From a virus (taxonomy: Duplodnaviria; Heunggongvirae; Uroviricota; Caudoviricetes): DNA of 64,000 nt. Numbering within the stretch: position 1 is the stretch's first letter; each line of letters begins with the position of its first letter. The DNA lies in the IMG/VR virus record IMGVR_UViG_3300043568_002650, positions 64,512 through 128,511 of that record. One strand, given 5' to 3'. The notes under the pieces were generated by a model. That model saw only the letters and a program-made list of their open reading frames with translations. It ran no database searches and was not told the DNA's origin. Positions 37,776 to 46,393 of this stretch are shown here, piece after piece. Both the position numbers and the translations under genes were made by a program.

Positions 37776-38309
37776 CTATTGTACATAATTGACTATTGTC
37801 ACTTCACAAAACCAGAGTTCAGTCTCAATAATCTTTTCAATCCTTTCCCAGTCTCCTCCAGCAAGACCTGCACCAATCTTTGGTAGCCCAATATGTTTGC
37901 CTCCAAATAGGTTATTGATTTTTCGCATACACAAGGTAAATGCTTCATAATCGAATGGAGCAGTTGCACCATCTTTATGATTACGACCGTACTTATATTG
38001 AGTATATGCATTTACTACAATTAGCTCAGGTTCATTACGATTATTTTTTGCATCTTCGAGTGACCAAATAGCCTTTTCGCCAAGTACAACTGTTTTATAG
38101 TCGATATTACCTAACTTGTTGATATCTCGACCTAAGAGTTCCATCTCAAATCGATCGCAGCCAAAAGCTTTTGCCATTTGTGGAGCAATACCAGCTCCCA
38201 TAGTACTCATGCAATTACAGCCATGTGCAATCACATCAAACTTGCCCTCTTTAGCAAGCTGGATCAAGTCTCCATCTATCCTATTCATCTGCATCCTCGA
38301 TTGAAGCAA
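37776..38309 (-). CDS. macro domain (ADP-ribose binding/processing) protein
   Basis: GDLIQLAKEGKFDVIAHGCNCMSTMGAGIAPQMAKAF resembles GDIT-LAVDAIVNAAN..LGGGGVDGAIHRAAG. Later IGAGLAGGDW resembles the second macro phosphate-binding loop. Confidence 0.6.
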   Translation of the reverse strand: MLQSRMQMNRIDGDLIQLAKEGKFDVIAHGCNCMSTMGAGIAPQMAKAFGCDRFEMELLGRDINKLGNIDYKTVVLGEKAIWSLEDAKNNRNEPELIVVNAYTQYKYGRNHKDGATAPFDYEAFTLCMRKINNLFGGKHIGLPKIGAGLAGGDWERIEKIIETELWFCEVTIVNYVQ

Positions 38310-38475
38310 TTATTGTTCTCTCAATTGGATAACAGCAAACAAGTTTACTATCCGCATAGAATGCATAGTAACCACTAGAAGTGCCACTATTTGTGGTAGT
38401 ACTAAAGTTTTCTGCAAACGCGGTGTATCGACATTCACGATCGCCAATCATTACAATTAACTGATACTTATTCAT
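38281..38475 (-). CDS. hypothetical small protein (start moved to the internal Met MNKYQ)
   Basis: This ATG overlaps the stop of the upstream gene (GATGAATAA). The longer 38535 start would overlap by 68 nt. Confidence 0.3.
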   Translation of the reverse strand: MNKYQLIVMIGDRECRYTAFAENFSTTTNSGTSSGYYAFYADSKLVCCYPIERTIIASIEDADE

Positions 38476-38668
38476 CTTCGTCTTTCTTTTTTGGAAAATC
38501 TCCATCTGCATCGCAGTGAGCTGGAGGATATCCATGTGTACTAATGTTGAGGTGTCTCCAGAAACGGTTCCATACTCTAAATAAAAAGTTTAGGGGTACT
38601 GAAATTAGGATGAGTACTCCAATAAATGTCCAGAATGATCTGAACGTAAATTCTAAAAAATCCATCAT
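38468..38668 (-). CDS. small membrane protein
   Basis: 66 aa with a TM helix FWTFIGVLILISVPLNFLF. Confidence 0.35.
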   Translation of the reverse strand: MMDFLEFTFRSFWTFIGVLILISVPLNFLFRVWNRFWRHLNISTHGYPPAHCDADGDFPKKKDEDE

Positions 38669-39138
38669 ATTAATTCTTTGTTTTTAATGTCTTCTAATAA
38701 TTCGTCTAACTTTTCATAGTTAGGTATTCCATATCGTTCACATACGATATCAACGTTGCCTTTTCTCCAAAAGCCAGTCGGGCAGCATACTAGCATCCTC
38801 CCAGAATCTGCAAACTTACCGAATTCAAGTAGAGAGATCGGTGATTTTGTGTCTGGAGAAAAATACATGATTATCAAGTCAGCTTTCTCTAACGCAGTTA
38901 ATTCCCAGTTTACTTGCTGATAAAATTGAGGATTTGTTATACTCTGTGGCCAGCTTGAATCCCATTCATCTCGTCGAGGATTAAGAATAGCAATATCTTT
39001 GGGATACTTTTTAAAGTAGTTCTCGACTAGGGTTTGCCAGTCTTCTGCAATTCCCATTTCAATACTGCCAGCTAGGAAGATAGTCCGGATATTTGCGCCA
39101 GCTTTACTTATTGGATACGGCGGTTTGATTACTTTCAT
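38665..39138 (-). CDS. nucleoside 2-deoxyribosyltransferase-like (DNPH1/Rcl-type) protein
   Basis: 157 aa. IFLAGSIEMG...ILNPRRDEW...ADLIIMYF pattern resembles the N-deoxyribosyltransferase fold. Motif-level call only. Confidence 0.4.
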   Translation of the reverse strand: MKVIKPPYPISKAGANIRTIFLAGSIEMGIAEDWQTLVENYFKKYPKDIAILNPRRDEWDSSWPQSITNPQFYQQVNWELTALEKADLIIMYFSPDTKSPISLLEFGKFADSGRMLVCCPTGFWRKGNVDIVCERYGIPNYEKLDELLEDIKNKELI

Positions 39139-39139
39139 A

Positions 39140-40033
39140 TTAAAATATATTAAATTGGGTTAAGAAGCTATTATCGACTGTGTAATCTGAATATTCGTCG
39201 ACTTTAATATCCTTGACACTATTTGTACAGTAAACACCAGTAAAATAGTTGGAAAGTTCAAGTAGACCAGCTGAAAATATTCCATGAGTGACAATCAAGT
39301 AGATTTTATCACCAAATAAGTCTCGCGGTCTCTGTTCGCGAATAGCTTTTGCAACTTCAATAAATGTTCGACCTCCGTCACAAATATCGTCGATGATTAC
39401 AAAGTTTTTTCCACGAGAACCATCGATGTGTGGAAGTTCAGTGTGTAGGATCTTGCCTGTGGTCAAGTCTCTGACTTTAGATGCAGTCGCAACTTCTCTG
39501 ATATCAAAATGCTTAGCTACTCCATATATCTTTTTAAGTGCACCGGCGTCTGGCGAAATAATACATATCTTTTCTCGAGCAGCATTCGTATTATCAATTG
39601 AGGTAAGAGCAGCTTTGATTAGACTATAGTTGTCTATCTTATCTAGCCGATCAATACATGCTTCGATTACGTCAGAGTGAGGATCTAGGACTAGGACTCC
39701 TTTATAGTGCTGCGCATTAATAATTGGAGCAACAACATCCTTGATATAATTGATTGAGCCCTCTTCGAACTTACGATCACTACGACCGCCTAAGAAGTAT
39801 GGAATATAGAGAAAAATATCAGTCATTCCCATATTCTTTAGAGCGGCAGTTGCACAAAGAATAAGTTCAAGATCCTGAAAGCTAGTAAATCTTGAATAGA
39901 TCTTAATTGCAATTTCAGATGCTACACCTGAAGTTATCTTAATAGACTGCTGACCATCAGGAAATTTTGTTTTCTCGAACTTAATATCTGATTTCTCAGG
40001 ATATGCGAGATTAAGTGTGCTAATTTTTGACAT
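39140..40033 (-). CDS. prs: ribose-phosphate pyrophosphokinase family protein (Prs-like; could be ADPR-PP synthetase)
   Basis: IPYFLGGRSDRK (IPYFGYARQDRR), LVLDPHSDVIEACID (DLHAEQIQGFFD), ISPDAGALKK, NFVIIDDICDGGRT (VLVDDMIDTGGT) and THGIFS (THPIFS). Confidence 0.85.
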   Translation of the reverse strand: MSKISTLNLAYPEKSDIKFEKTKFPDGQQSIKITSGVASEIAIKIYSRFTSFQDLELILCATAALKNMGMTDIFLYIPYFLGGRSDRKFEEGSINYIKDVVAPIINAQHYKGVLVLDPHSDVIEACIDRLDKIDNYSLIKAALTSIDNTNAAREKICIISPDAGALKKIYGVAKHFDIREVATASKVRDLTTGKILHTELPHIDGSRGKNFVIIDDICDGGRTFIEVAKAIREQRPRDLFGDKIYLIVTHGIFSAGLLELSNYFTGVYCTNSVKDIKVDEYSDYTVDNSFLTQFNIF

Positions 40034-40047
40034 CTTAGTTACGGGTT

Positions 40048-40458
40048 TTAATTAATTTTTTCTATTTTAACTACTGAACCTTGGCCGTGCATTACTTGGA
40101 TCACATAGGAGCCAATCGTATACATTGATCCGGTAAAAGTGTTTGCATATTGAGGATCTTCACAAGGCTTGCAATATTCTTCTGCATAATTAAATGCGAC
40201 CCAAAGAAGAGTTTCTCTAGGCTCATATCCTAATCTATATTCTCGACGAACGTATTCGTCTGAATCGTACTTGTCAATTATCTTTTCAAGCACTTCATCA
40301 AGTCGACCTTCGGTGTATTGCTTAAATCGCTCTACTTGACGATCGCGGTAGTCTTCCTCTTGTTCAAGTTTTTTACCAAACTCTTCAAGATATCGCTGAC
40401 CCTCTTCAGTTTCTAATAAAGCTGTTAACTTATCTAGTAGACTTATTTTTTCGCTCAT
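40048..40458 (-). CDS. hypothetical protein
   Basis: 136-aa ORF. Confidence 0.4.
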   Translation of the reverse strand: MSEKISLLDKLTALLETEEGQRYLEEFGKKLEQEEDYRDRQVERFKQYTEGRLDEVLEKIIDKYDSDEYVRREYRLGYEPRETLLWVAFNYAEEYCKPCEDPQYANTFTGSMYTIGSYVIQVMHGQGSVVKIEKIN

Positions 40459-40847
40459 AATTCTAGGTGTTTTTTAGCGTTATCTAAATAACCCTGTATG
40501 TTTTTCTTTCCTACTGGATTTGCAGAGTGTACATGGTATTCTGGTAGTTTAAATCCATTATCTAAACAGTATTCAACTAGCCATTTTGCACAGTCTAATC
40601 CAGTTTCCTCTACTCCAAGCTGATCTGCGGTCATGTCATTCCAGTCATTAAAGTCAACTTCATAGTGAACATCCGCAAGATCATGATCAAATGATACTAT
40701 TTCTGGGAGACCATTTCTCTTGATCCATGCACAAAATTCAGGATAGTTCTTTACTATTGCCCAATCGTCTTCCCAATAGAGAGCTGGATTTAGGACAAGA
40801 TAGCAAGCATCTTTGGGTTGTCTAATATCGTCTAGGAATAGTTTCAT
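40455..40847 (-). CDS. hypothetical protein
   Basis: 130-aa ORF. Confidence 0.4.
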   Translation of the reverse strand: MKLFLDDIRQPKDACYLVLNPALYWEDDWAIVKNYPEFCAWIKRNGLPEIVSFDHDLADVHYEVDFNDWNDMTADQLGVEETGLDCAKWLVEYCLDNGFKLPEYHVHSANPVGKKNIQGYLDNAKKHLEL

Positions 40848-41341
40848 CTGTATTTTTCCATTTGTTTCTTAATCTTTTCAGCAAGCTCGTAATTTTCTGT
40901 CTCAATCGCCTTTTTTAAGTAGACTTGACACTCAGTCTCACTTAATAGGTCAATTGACTTACCATCAATGCTTCCACTAATATTTTTTTGTGCTCCTAAT
41001 CCTGGTGCAAATCCTGGATCTTTACCCATTGCCTTTTCACAAGCTTGGTGATTTCTTCGCCAAATAGCTGATTTATTAAAATGGAAATCATCCCAGTCCA
41101 GTTTATTTGTACTCCCTTCTTTTTCAATATAGAAGCCAGACTGTTCCCAGCCTAATATTGTAAATAGTTTATCAGTACGATAGAGACTGATTTGATCTCC
41201 GACTTGCCAATCGGAGTATTCCCTTGCTCGAGATGACTTAATAATCTTAGATCTAATAATAATGATTGCCGATATACTTAGGGCAATTCCACAAATAATG
41301 TATCCTACCATGATTATAGTTTTTGAAGTAATATTGCCCAT
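40844..41341 (-). CDS. membrane-anchored hypothetical protein
   Basis: 165 aa with an N-terminal TM helix. Confidence 0.4.
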   Translation of the reverse strand: MGNITSKTIIMVGYIICGIALSISAIIIIRSKIIKSSRAREYSDWQVGDQISLYRTDKLFTILGWEQSGFYIEKEGSTNKLDWDDFHFNKSAIWRRNHQACEKAMGKDPGFAPGLGAQKNISGSIDGKSIDLLSETECQVYLKKAIETENYELAEKIKKQMEKYR

Positions 41342-41496
41342 TCACCTTTTTGGCTGTATGATGTACCAGCAGATACATACTGTGCAGTTACTGAAATTAC
41401 TTCCCAGCCTTTGTCCAACCATTCATTGACGTCTCTCGGGTTATCGACTATTAAAAATTTTTGCTGTTTCATCTTATTTACTTTCAAAAAGTTCAA
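41314..41496 (-). CDS. hypothetical small protein
   Basis: 60-aa ORF. Confidence 0.3.
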   Translation of the reverse strand: MNFLKVNKMKQQKFLIVDNPRDVNEWLDKGWEVISVTAQYVSAGTSYSQKGEWAILLQKL

Positions 41497-42019
41497 TTAG
41501 GTATGCAAATAGTGGAGTAAGCGCATGATTACCAGAACCAGCCCATCCTAATTTTTCCATAAAGTTTTCATTTTCTCTCTTGTACATTTCAAACATTCTA
41601 GAACCACTTATTTTTGAATACTGAACATTTGCAATACGGTCACATAGTTTTACAAAGACTGCCCCTGGCTGATTACGAATTCCTTCATAATACTTATCAT
41701 TTGCTCTTTCTGCACGATTCTTCCCTTTCTCATTACTAACAGCATAGATAATATCTGCTGCACATTCACCAAGCTCTTCAACAACATCATTATATGAAAC
41801 TCGAGTGTCCTCAATAAGATCATGTCCCCAACAAGCTAAGTAGACATTTACCTGGCTGTCAATTGTTCCATGATGATTTGAAAGTATGTACTTAAATCTA
41901 TTATATGCCTCAACTACCATTCTTAAATGAAACTCGTATGGCAAATATTTATCGTACATGTGATTAGTCGAACGATGTTGTTCTAATACCCAATCGGATT
42001 TTGATTTTAATCTTTCCAT
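41474..42019 (-). CDS. HD-domain phosphohydrolase, Mesh1/SpoT-hydrolase-like (small alarmone hydrolase candidate)
   Basis: EFHL ... LACWGHDLIEDTRVSYNDVVEELG closely resembles the RelA/SpoT/Mesh1 hydrolase HDxxEDT...EEFG signature. TATAAT sits 6 nt before the ATG. Confidence 0.55.
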   Translation of the reverse strand: MERLKSKSDWVLEQHRSTNHMYDKYLPYEFHLRMVVEAYNRFKYILSNHHGTIDSQVNVYLACWGHDLIEDTRVSYNDVVEELGECAADIIYAVSNEKGKNRAERANDKYYEGIRNQPGAVFVKLCDRIANVQYSKISGSRMFEMYKRENENFMEKLGWAGSGNHALTPLFAYLIELFESK

Positions 42020-42045
42020 ATCTCTATTATACTAAAAAGTTTTGA

Positions 42046-42393
42046 CTAATTAATAGGTGTGATCCAAATATCTTTAGGAAAATCGCCAAAGACAAACTTA
42101 GTGACGTCACATAACCAGACTCTTAAATTGATAGTCAATCCAATATATTCATCAATATGATATTGAGCACCTTCGCCTATTTCAGGAGTCTCTCTTATGA
42201 AGTGTAGGTGATATGCATTATCTACTTTTCTAGTGGAAAGAATAGCTCTGACTTCACCTAAGCCTTCTGCCATGTATTCTAACATAGTATCAGCTCCATC
42301 CACCATTTCTAGCGCAGCCTTAGGACCTTCCCACTCAGGCAAGTCAACATACCATCGATGAGTCTCTTCTTTATAGAATCTAAACTCTTTCAT
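42046..42393 (-). CDS. hypothetical protein
   Basis: 115-aa ORF. Confidence 0.4.
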   Translation of the reverse strand: MKEFRFYKEETHRWYVDLPEWEGPKAALEMVDGADTMLEYMAEGLGEVRAILSTRKVDNAYHLHFIRETPEIGEGAQYHIDEYIGLTINLRVWLCDVTKFVFGDFPKDIWITPIN

Positions 42394-42779
42394 GATTTTC
42401 TATTTTTGATTTCAATATGATGTGCTTCACAGAGAGTTCGGTACCATCCAGTATCCCTTCGAATTTCACCAGGCGAACCACACATCTCACAGATAGTATA
42501 ACTCTTGATTTCAGCTTCAGTAATCCTAGCATGAACTTCAGGAGATCCTTCATTGATGTAAAAACGAAGCCCGCCAAACTTTTCTTTTACTTGAGTTACT
42601 TGTCGATTCCATCCGAGTTTAATAATGTCTTCAATAAGTTGTTGGATTAGTGGATACCATCCCTCATTACACTCAAAATAGTGAGCATCCTTTATTGGAG
42701 GTCGGTGAGGTCGCCAACCATTTTCAAGCCCACATATTGATTCTAGATAAGCATCAAGTTTTTCCTTTGAAGAGTCCAT
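42390..42779 (-). CDS. hypothetical protein with a C-terminal Cys/His cluster
   Basis: CEMCGSPGE...LCEAHH. Confidence 0.4.
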   Translation of the reverse strand: MDSSKEKLDAYLESICGLENGWRPHRPPIKDAHYFECNEGWYPLIQQLIEDIIKLGWNRQVTQVKEKFGGLRFYINEGSPEVHARITEAEIKSYTICEMCGSPGEIRRDTGWYRTLCEAHHIEIKNRKS

Positions 42780-42820
42780 TAAGTACTTTTTTAAATATTG
42801 TACTTAAAAATAGAGAAGGA

Positions 42821-43708
42821 TTAAATAAACTTTACGTGTTTTTTCTTAATGAATTTGGAAAAGTCAGTGTCATCCATTTCAGAAACTATTTCAGTAAGGC
42901 CAAATGAGTCTCCAAAATCTGCTCCGTCTAGAGTAATTGAAGTGACTTCAGTTGTAACTGATTCGATATTAGTCTCGCCGTCTGGTGGAGTCATATTGTC
43001 TCCTGGATCATACCACTGACTAAAGGCAACGTCTGATGTAAAGTAGATAATTACTTCAAATCGGCGAAGTTCCATTTCAGAAAGTTTATCGTCTAGCTCA
43101 GGTTTACCTACATAGAGACAATCAAAGGAAGCTTCCCATCCTATTTCTTGAGAACCAGTGCGTTCATTACTATCTATTAAGTCATAAAAAGTATCCTCTG
43201 AAATATCCCAATCTAGCAATATTACCTGTTCTCCTTCTTTAAAAATTGAATCTACCGCATCAGCAACAGCGGTTTCCTCAAGTGACTTAAGAGAATCGGT
43301 AGATTCAAATACATAATTTGAACCGAGTAAGTCGCCTTCGACTGCATCTAGTGCGTCTCTCAAGTTGGTGTGCTTTAGGGTCTTCCAATGATATGGAGTT
43401 TTAGTATTATTACGCACAACACTTAGTTTACCAGGCGTCTTGAAATTAAGAGCATCTTTTAATGAATCTTCACTTCTCCAATTGATTTTTACTCCCTTGA
43501 TCTTATCACCTTCTTGAATAACACGATAGAACGTATCAGATAAGAACATCATTGTTGCACCTGGGCGGAGTTCTGCCCAAGTATTTACATGGGTTGCAAA
43601 AAGCATTTGCTCCTTATTCTTGCCCTTAGGCTTGCCTTTAATCAAGATGATTCCATGCTGTTTCATAGACTCATTAATTGGCTCAAATGGTTTAATGTAC
43701 ATGTTCAT
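42821..43708 (-). CDS. hypothetical 295-aa protein
   Basis: Long ORF. First gene of the 12.5-kb minus-strand block. Confidence 0.45.
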   Translation of the reverse strand: MNMYIKPFEPINESMKQHGIILIKGKPKGKNKEQMLFATHVNTWAELRPGATMMFLSDTFYRVIQEGDKIKGVKINWRSEDSLKDALNFKTPGKLSVVRNNTKTPYHWKTLKHTNLRDALDAVEGDLLGSNYVFESTDSLKSLEETAVADAVDSIFKEGEQVILLDWDISEDTFYDLIDSNERTGSQEIGWEASFDCLYVGKPELDDKLSEMELRRFEVIIYFTSDVAFSQWYDPGDNMTPPDGETNIESVTTEVTSITLDGADFGDSFGLTEIVSEMDDTDFSKFIKKKHVKFI

Positions 43709-43747
43709 ATAAATTATTTATTTAGACGGTAGTCATTATTAAGATAC

Positions 43748-43762
43748 TTATATCTTAGATAA
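43748..43762 (+). promoter_or_regulatory. late-promoter-like GATAAATAAAATAAA
   Basis: In the divergent region. 25 nt before ATG 43787. Confidence 0.4.
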
Positions 43763-43786
43763 ATAAAATAAATCATCTTTACTGTT

Positions 43787-44527
43787 TTGAAGCATAATGC
43801 ACGCACTTTTAATCAATGGATAAACGAGAAAGTAGAATACAATCGTGATCTTTGTCCTAAATTTTGGGAAGAGGGTAAGATGGACACAGCAATACGAGCA
43901 AAACTTCTTGCAATAGCTGACGATTTCTGGTCTTCACTAAAATTAGAAGTCCCAATTATGGATATTCAATTGACTGGTTCAATAGCTAATTTTAATTGGA
44001 ATAAGGATTCAGATTTAGATGTACATATTATTATTGATTTTGCACAAATTGATGGAAACCTAGAACTAGTTAGAAAAGCCTTAGATGGTCAGAGGTTTAT
44101 GTGGAATCTACGCCATCCAGTAGTTCTTAGAGGACATGATGTTGAATGTTATGTTCAACACAAAGACGAGCAACACGTTGCGTCAGGTCTCTTTTCGATA
44201 CTTAGAGATAAGTGGATAATTGTTCCTAATTGGAGTGAACCTAATATTGATCAGAAGGATGTTGATGAAAAGATGAGAGTCATTAAGACTGAAATCAAGA
44301 TGGTGAAGGTAAAGGCTAGATCAGCTGAGGGTGATGAAGCTCAAAATTTACATGATTACTTAGATCGTATCAAAAAGAAGATCATGAATGATCGTAAAGA
44401 GGGTCTCGCTAAAGACGGCGAATTTGCAGTTGAAAATCTAGTCTTTAAAGAGTTACGCCGAGATGGAACAATTGAAGAAATCATTGACTTGCTATCAGAA
44501 ATATATTCAAAGATATATTCAGAATAA
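43787..44527 (+). CDS. pol-beta-superfamily nucleotidyltransferase with N-terminal TFNQWINE motif (CTS-like)
   Basis: GSIANFNWNKDSDLDVHI matches the hG[GS]x9-13DhD NTase signature. MKHNARTFNQWINEKVE N-terminus. Confidence 0.55.
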   Translation: MKHNARTFNQWINEKVEYNRDLCPKFWEEGKMDTAIRAKLLAIADDFWSSLKLEVPIMDIQLTGSIANFNWNKDSDLDVHIIIDFAQIDGNLELVRKALDGQRFMWNLRHPVVLRGHDVECYVQHKDEQHVASGLFSILRDKWIIVPNWSEPNIDQKDVDEKMRVIKTEIKMVKVKARSAEGDEAQNLHDYLDRIKKKIMNDRKEGLAKDGEFAVENLVFKELRRDGTIEEIIDLLSEIYSKIYSE

Positions 44528-44547
44528 ATAATAAAAAATAAAGCATT

Positions 44548-45306
44548 ATGCATAAATATTTTAATTTTACGAAAATTTACGAAGCTGAAAAGATGGGAGC
44601 TCCTCTCGATCCAGAAGAGATGGGAATGCCTGGAAGCTTACCTGAAGCTATCCCTACTGATAAATTGGAAGATTTTGAACTACTAGCGAAAGAAAATATC
44701 CTAGAGATTACACTAACTATGAAGGATATGGATGGGCTAGCAAATGGCCAGTCAGTATCTAAAGAGGATGCTAAGTGGAAAGATAAAATAAATGAAACTA
44801 AATCTAAAGATATTAAGCTAGTTATTCTAAATACTAAAAACGATACATCTAAAAACGATGCAGAAGCACTAGTATTTAATCTAGATGATTCAATTACTGG
44901 TGATATAGTAGAAGGAATTAAGTTAGGCAATATTACACAAGTATTAAAAGGAACCGGTGGAGATGGAATTGAAATTCCTGATATTACAGTTAGATTTATC
45001 AAGTCAGTTGAACTAGATACTTCAACTAAAGAAACAGTTGTTCCAGCTTCTCCTGAACAAATTGAGAGTGGTGTAGTTACTCCAAATGCAGTTGCTGGTG
45101 AAATGCCAAATGAATCTAGAGGAATTATGAGTTTTAGTCAATTTGTTAATGAGGGTAAAAAACAAATGGCTAAAGGTAAGGTAGCTAAAAAAGATGCTAC
45201 ACTAAAAAAGAAGCCTAAAAAAGATAAAGGCTTTCCAGATATGAGCGGAGACGGTATCGTTACAAAAAAAGATATCCTAATTGCTAAAGGAGTAATTAAA
45301 AAATAA
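44548..45306 (+). CDS. acidic protein with a basic C-terminal tail and an internal MSFSQFVNEG motif
   Basis: 252 aa. Internal in-frame ATG at 45127 is preceded by GAGGAA and starts MSFSQFVNEGKKQMAKGK..., so possibly a nested 60-aa product. Confidence 0.5.
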   Translation: MHKYFNFTKIYEAEKMGAPLDPEEMGMPGSLPEAIPTDKLEDFELLAKENILEITLTMKDMDGLANGQSVSKEDAKWKDKINETKSKDIKLVILNTKNDTSKNDAEALVFNLDDSITGDIVEGIKLGNITQVLKGTGGDGIEIPDITVRFIKSVELDTSTKETVVPASPEQIESGVVTPNAVAGEMPNESRGIMSFSQFVNEGKKQMAKGKVAKKDATLKKKPKKDKGFPDMSGDGIVTKKDILIAKGVIKK

Positions 45307-45313
45307 ATTAGAT

Positions 45314-46099
45314 ATGAGAATTAATGAATGTTCATGTGGATGCGAAGGAGCATCTAATAACTGTATGAAAAACCGTGAATCTGATGTGAATTATATGTTT
45401 TTTGGAAACCTTGAAACTATGAAGAGAATGATTGATGAACTTGTACAAATGGATCATACTCAAATTGATGAAATCTTAAAAGGTGGTCATGAATGGGCTG
45501 TTGATCATATTGCATCATCGGTTGATGATGTACAAGAAGTTTATAACTTTCTAATGAATCATGCAGCTGTTCCCATGAATAGAGAGATGGACCGTTTTGC
45601 AGAAGATGACATGATGGTTAAGACCTTTGAAAGTTATGTAAACGAAGTTTCAGGTAAAAAATGGAGAGAAATAGAAACTGATTTACGTGGAAGAAAAATG
45701 GGTGCATTTGCAGATAGAGTATCAGCTCACAGTAAGCAGTATGGAACTAATCAAGTTACTGAAGTCAAATTGGTAGGTATGCCGATTAGTGGATATGAAA
45801 GAGAAGAAAAGCATCTATCAGTTACTAATCTTGAACTTAGACAAAAATCTGGTTCAAACTTTAAAATTGTAGGACAAGATTCTGATTTTGGAACAGTTGT
45901 AATTCACGGATTTACAACTAGCGATGGTAGTGTTCAAATGTTCGAAAGCGAAAGAATGCCACTGCTTGCAGTAGATCGAAAAAATGCACTAGATTTAATT
46001 AAATTTCTAATTGACGAAGGAGTATCTTATGAAAAAGAACTTGACTGGAGAAGATTTACGAATGGATATGTCTCCTTTAAAGAAGCATATAATATGTAA
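45314..46099 (+). CDS. hypothetical protein with an N-terminal Cys cluster and an internal TFESYVNEVSG motif
   Basis: 261 aa. CSCGCEGASNNC at the N-terminus. Internal CTS-like motif at about residue 105. Confidence 0.45.
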   Translation: MRINECSCGCEGASNNCMKNRESDVNYMFFGNLETMKRMIDELVQMDHTQIDEILKGGHEWAVDHIASSVDDVQEVYNFLMNHAAVPMNREMDRFAEDDMMVKTFESYVNEVSGKKWREIETDLRGRKMGAFADRVSAHSKQYGTNQVTEVKLVGMPISGYEREEKHLSVTNLELRQKSGSNFKIVGQDSDFGTVVIHGFTTSDGSVQMFESERMPLLAVDRKNALDLIKFLIDEGVSYEKELDWRRFTNGYVSFKEAYNM

Positions 46100-46101
46100 A
46101 T

Positions 46102-46131
46102 AAAAAAGCCGAGATAAACTCGGCTTTTTTT
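46102..46131 (+). terminator. bidirectional rho-independent terminator
   Basis: AAAAAA-AGCCGAG-ATAAA-CTCGGCT-TTTTTTT between convergent genes 45314..46099 and 46130..46393. Confidence 0.75.
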
Positions 46132-46393
46132 ATATTAGATCAAATTTATTTCCTAGTCGATGTTCTAACTCTTCAAGAGTGTACTTTTTAGCGGCTAATT
46201 CTAAGAGGGTAATCTTTTCCCCTCTAACATATGACCCTTCAAGTCCAGTATCAGATTCTTCTGCATCAATCTCACCAATCTCTTTACGAATCGTATCTAT
46301 TTCAGAGTCTGATGCATAGTCTGTAATATATTCCATGACATCATCAAATTCAATTTCAATGTCAACATCTGTGTTTTTATACATTGTGCTCAT
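46130..46393 (-). CDS. hypothetical acidic small protein
   Basis: 87-aa ORF. Confidence 0.4.
   Translation of the reverse strand: MSTMYKNTDVDIEIEFDDVMEYITDYASDSEIDTIRKEIGEIDAEESDTGLEGSYVRGEKITLLELAAKKYTLEELEHRLGNKFDLI

Noticed and set aside
39140-40033. Calling the Prs homologue definitively as PRPP synthetase
   Set aside because: Prs-family phage enzymes include ADPR-pyrophosphate synthetases. Sequence motifs alone cannot separate the two activities, so both options are reported.
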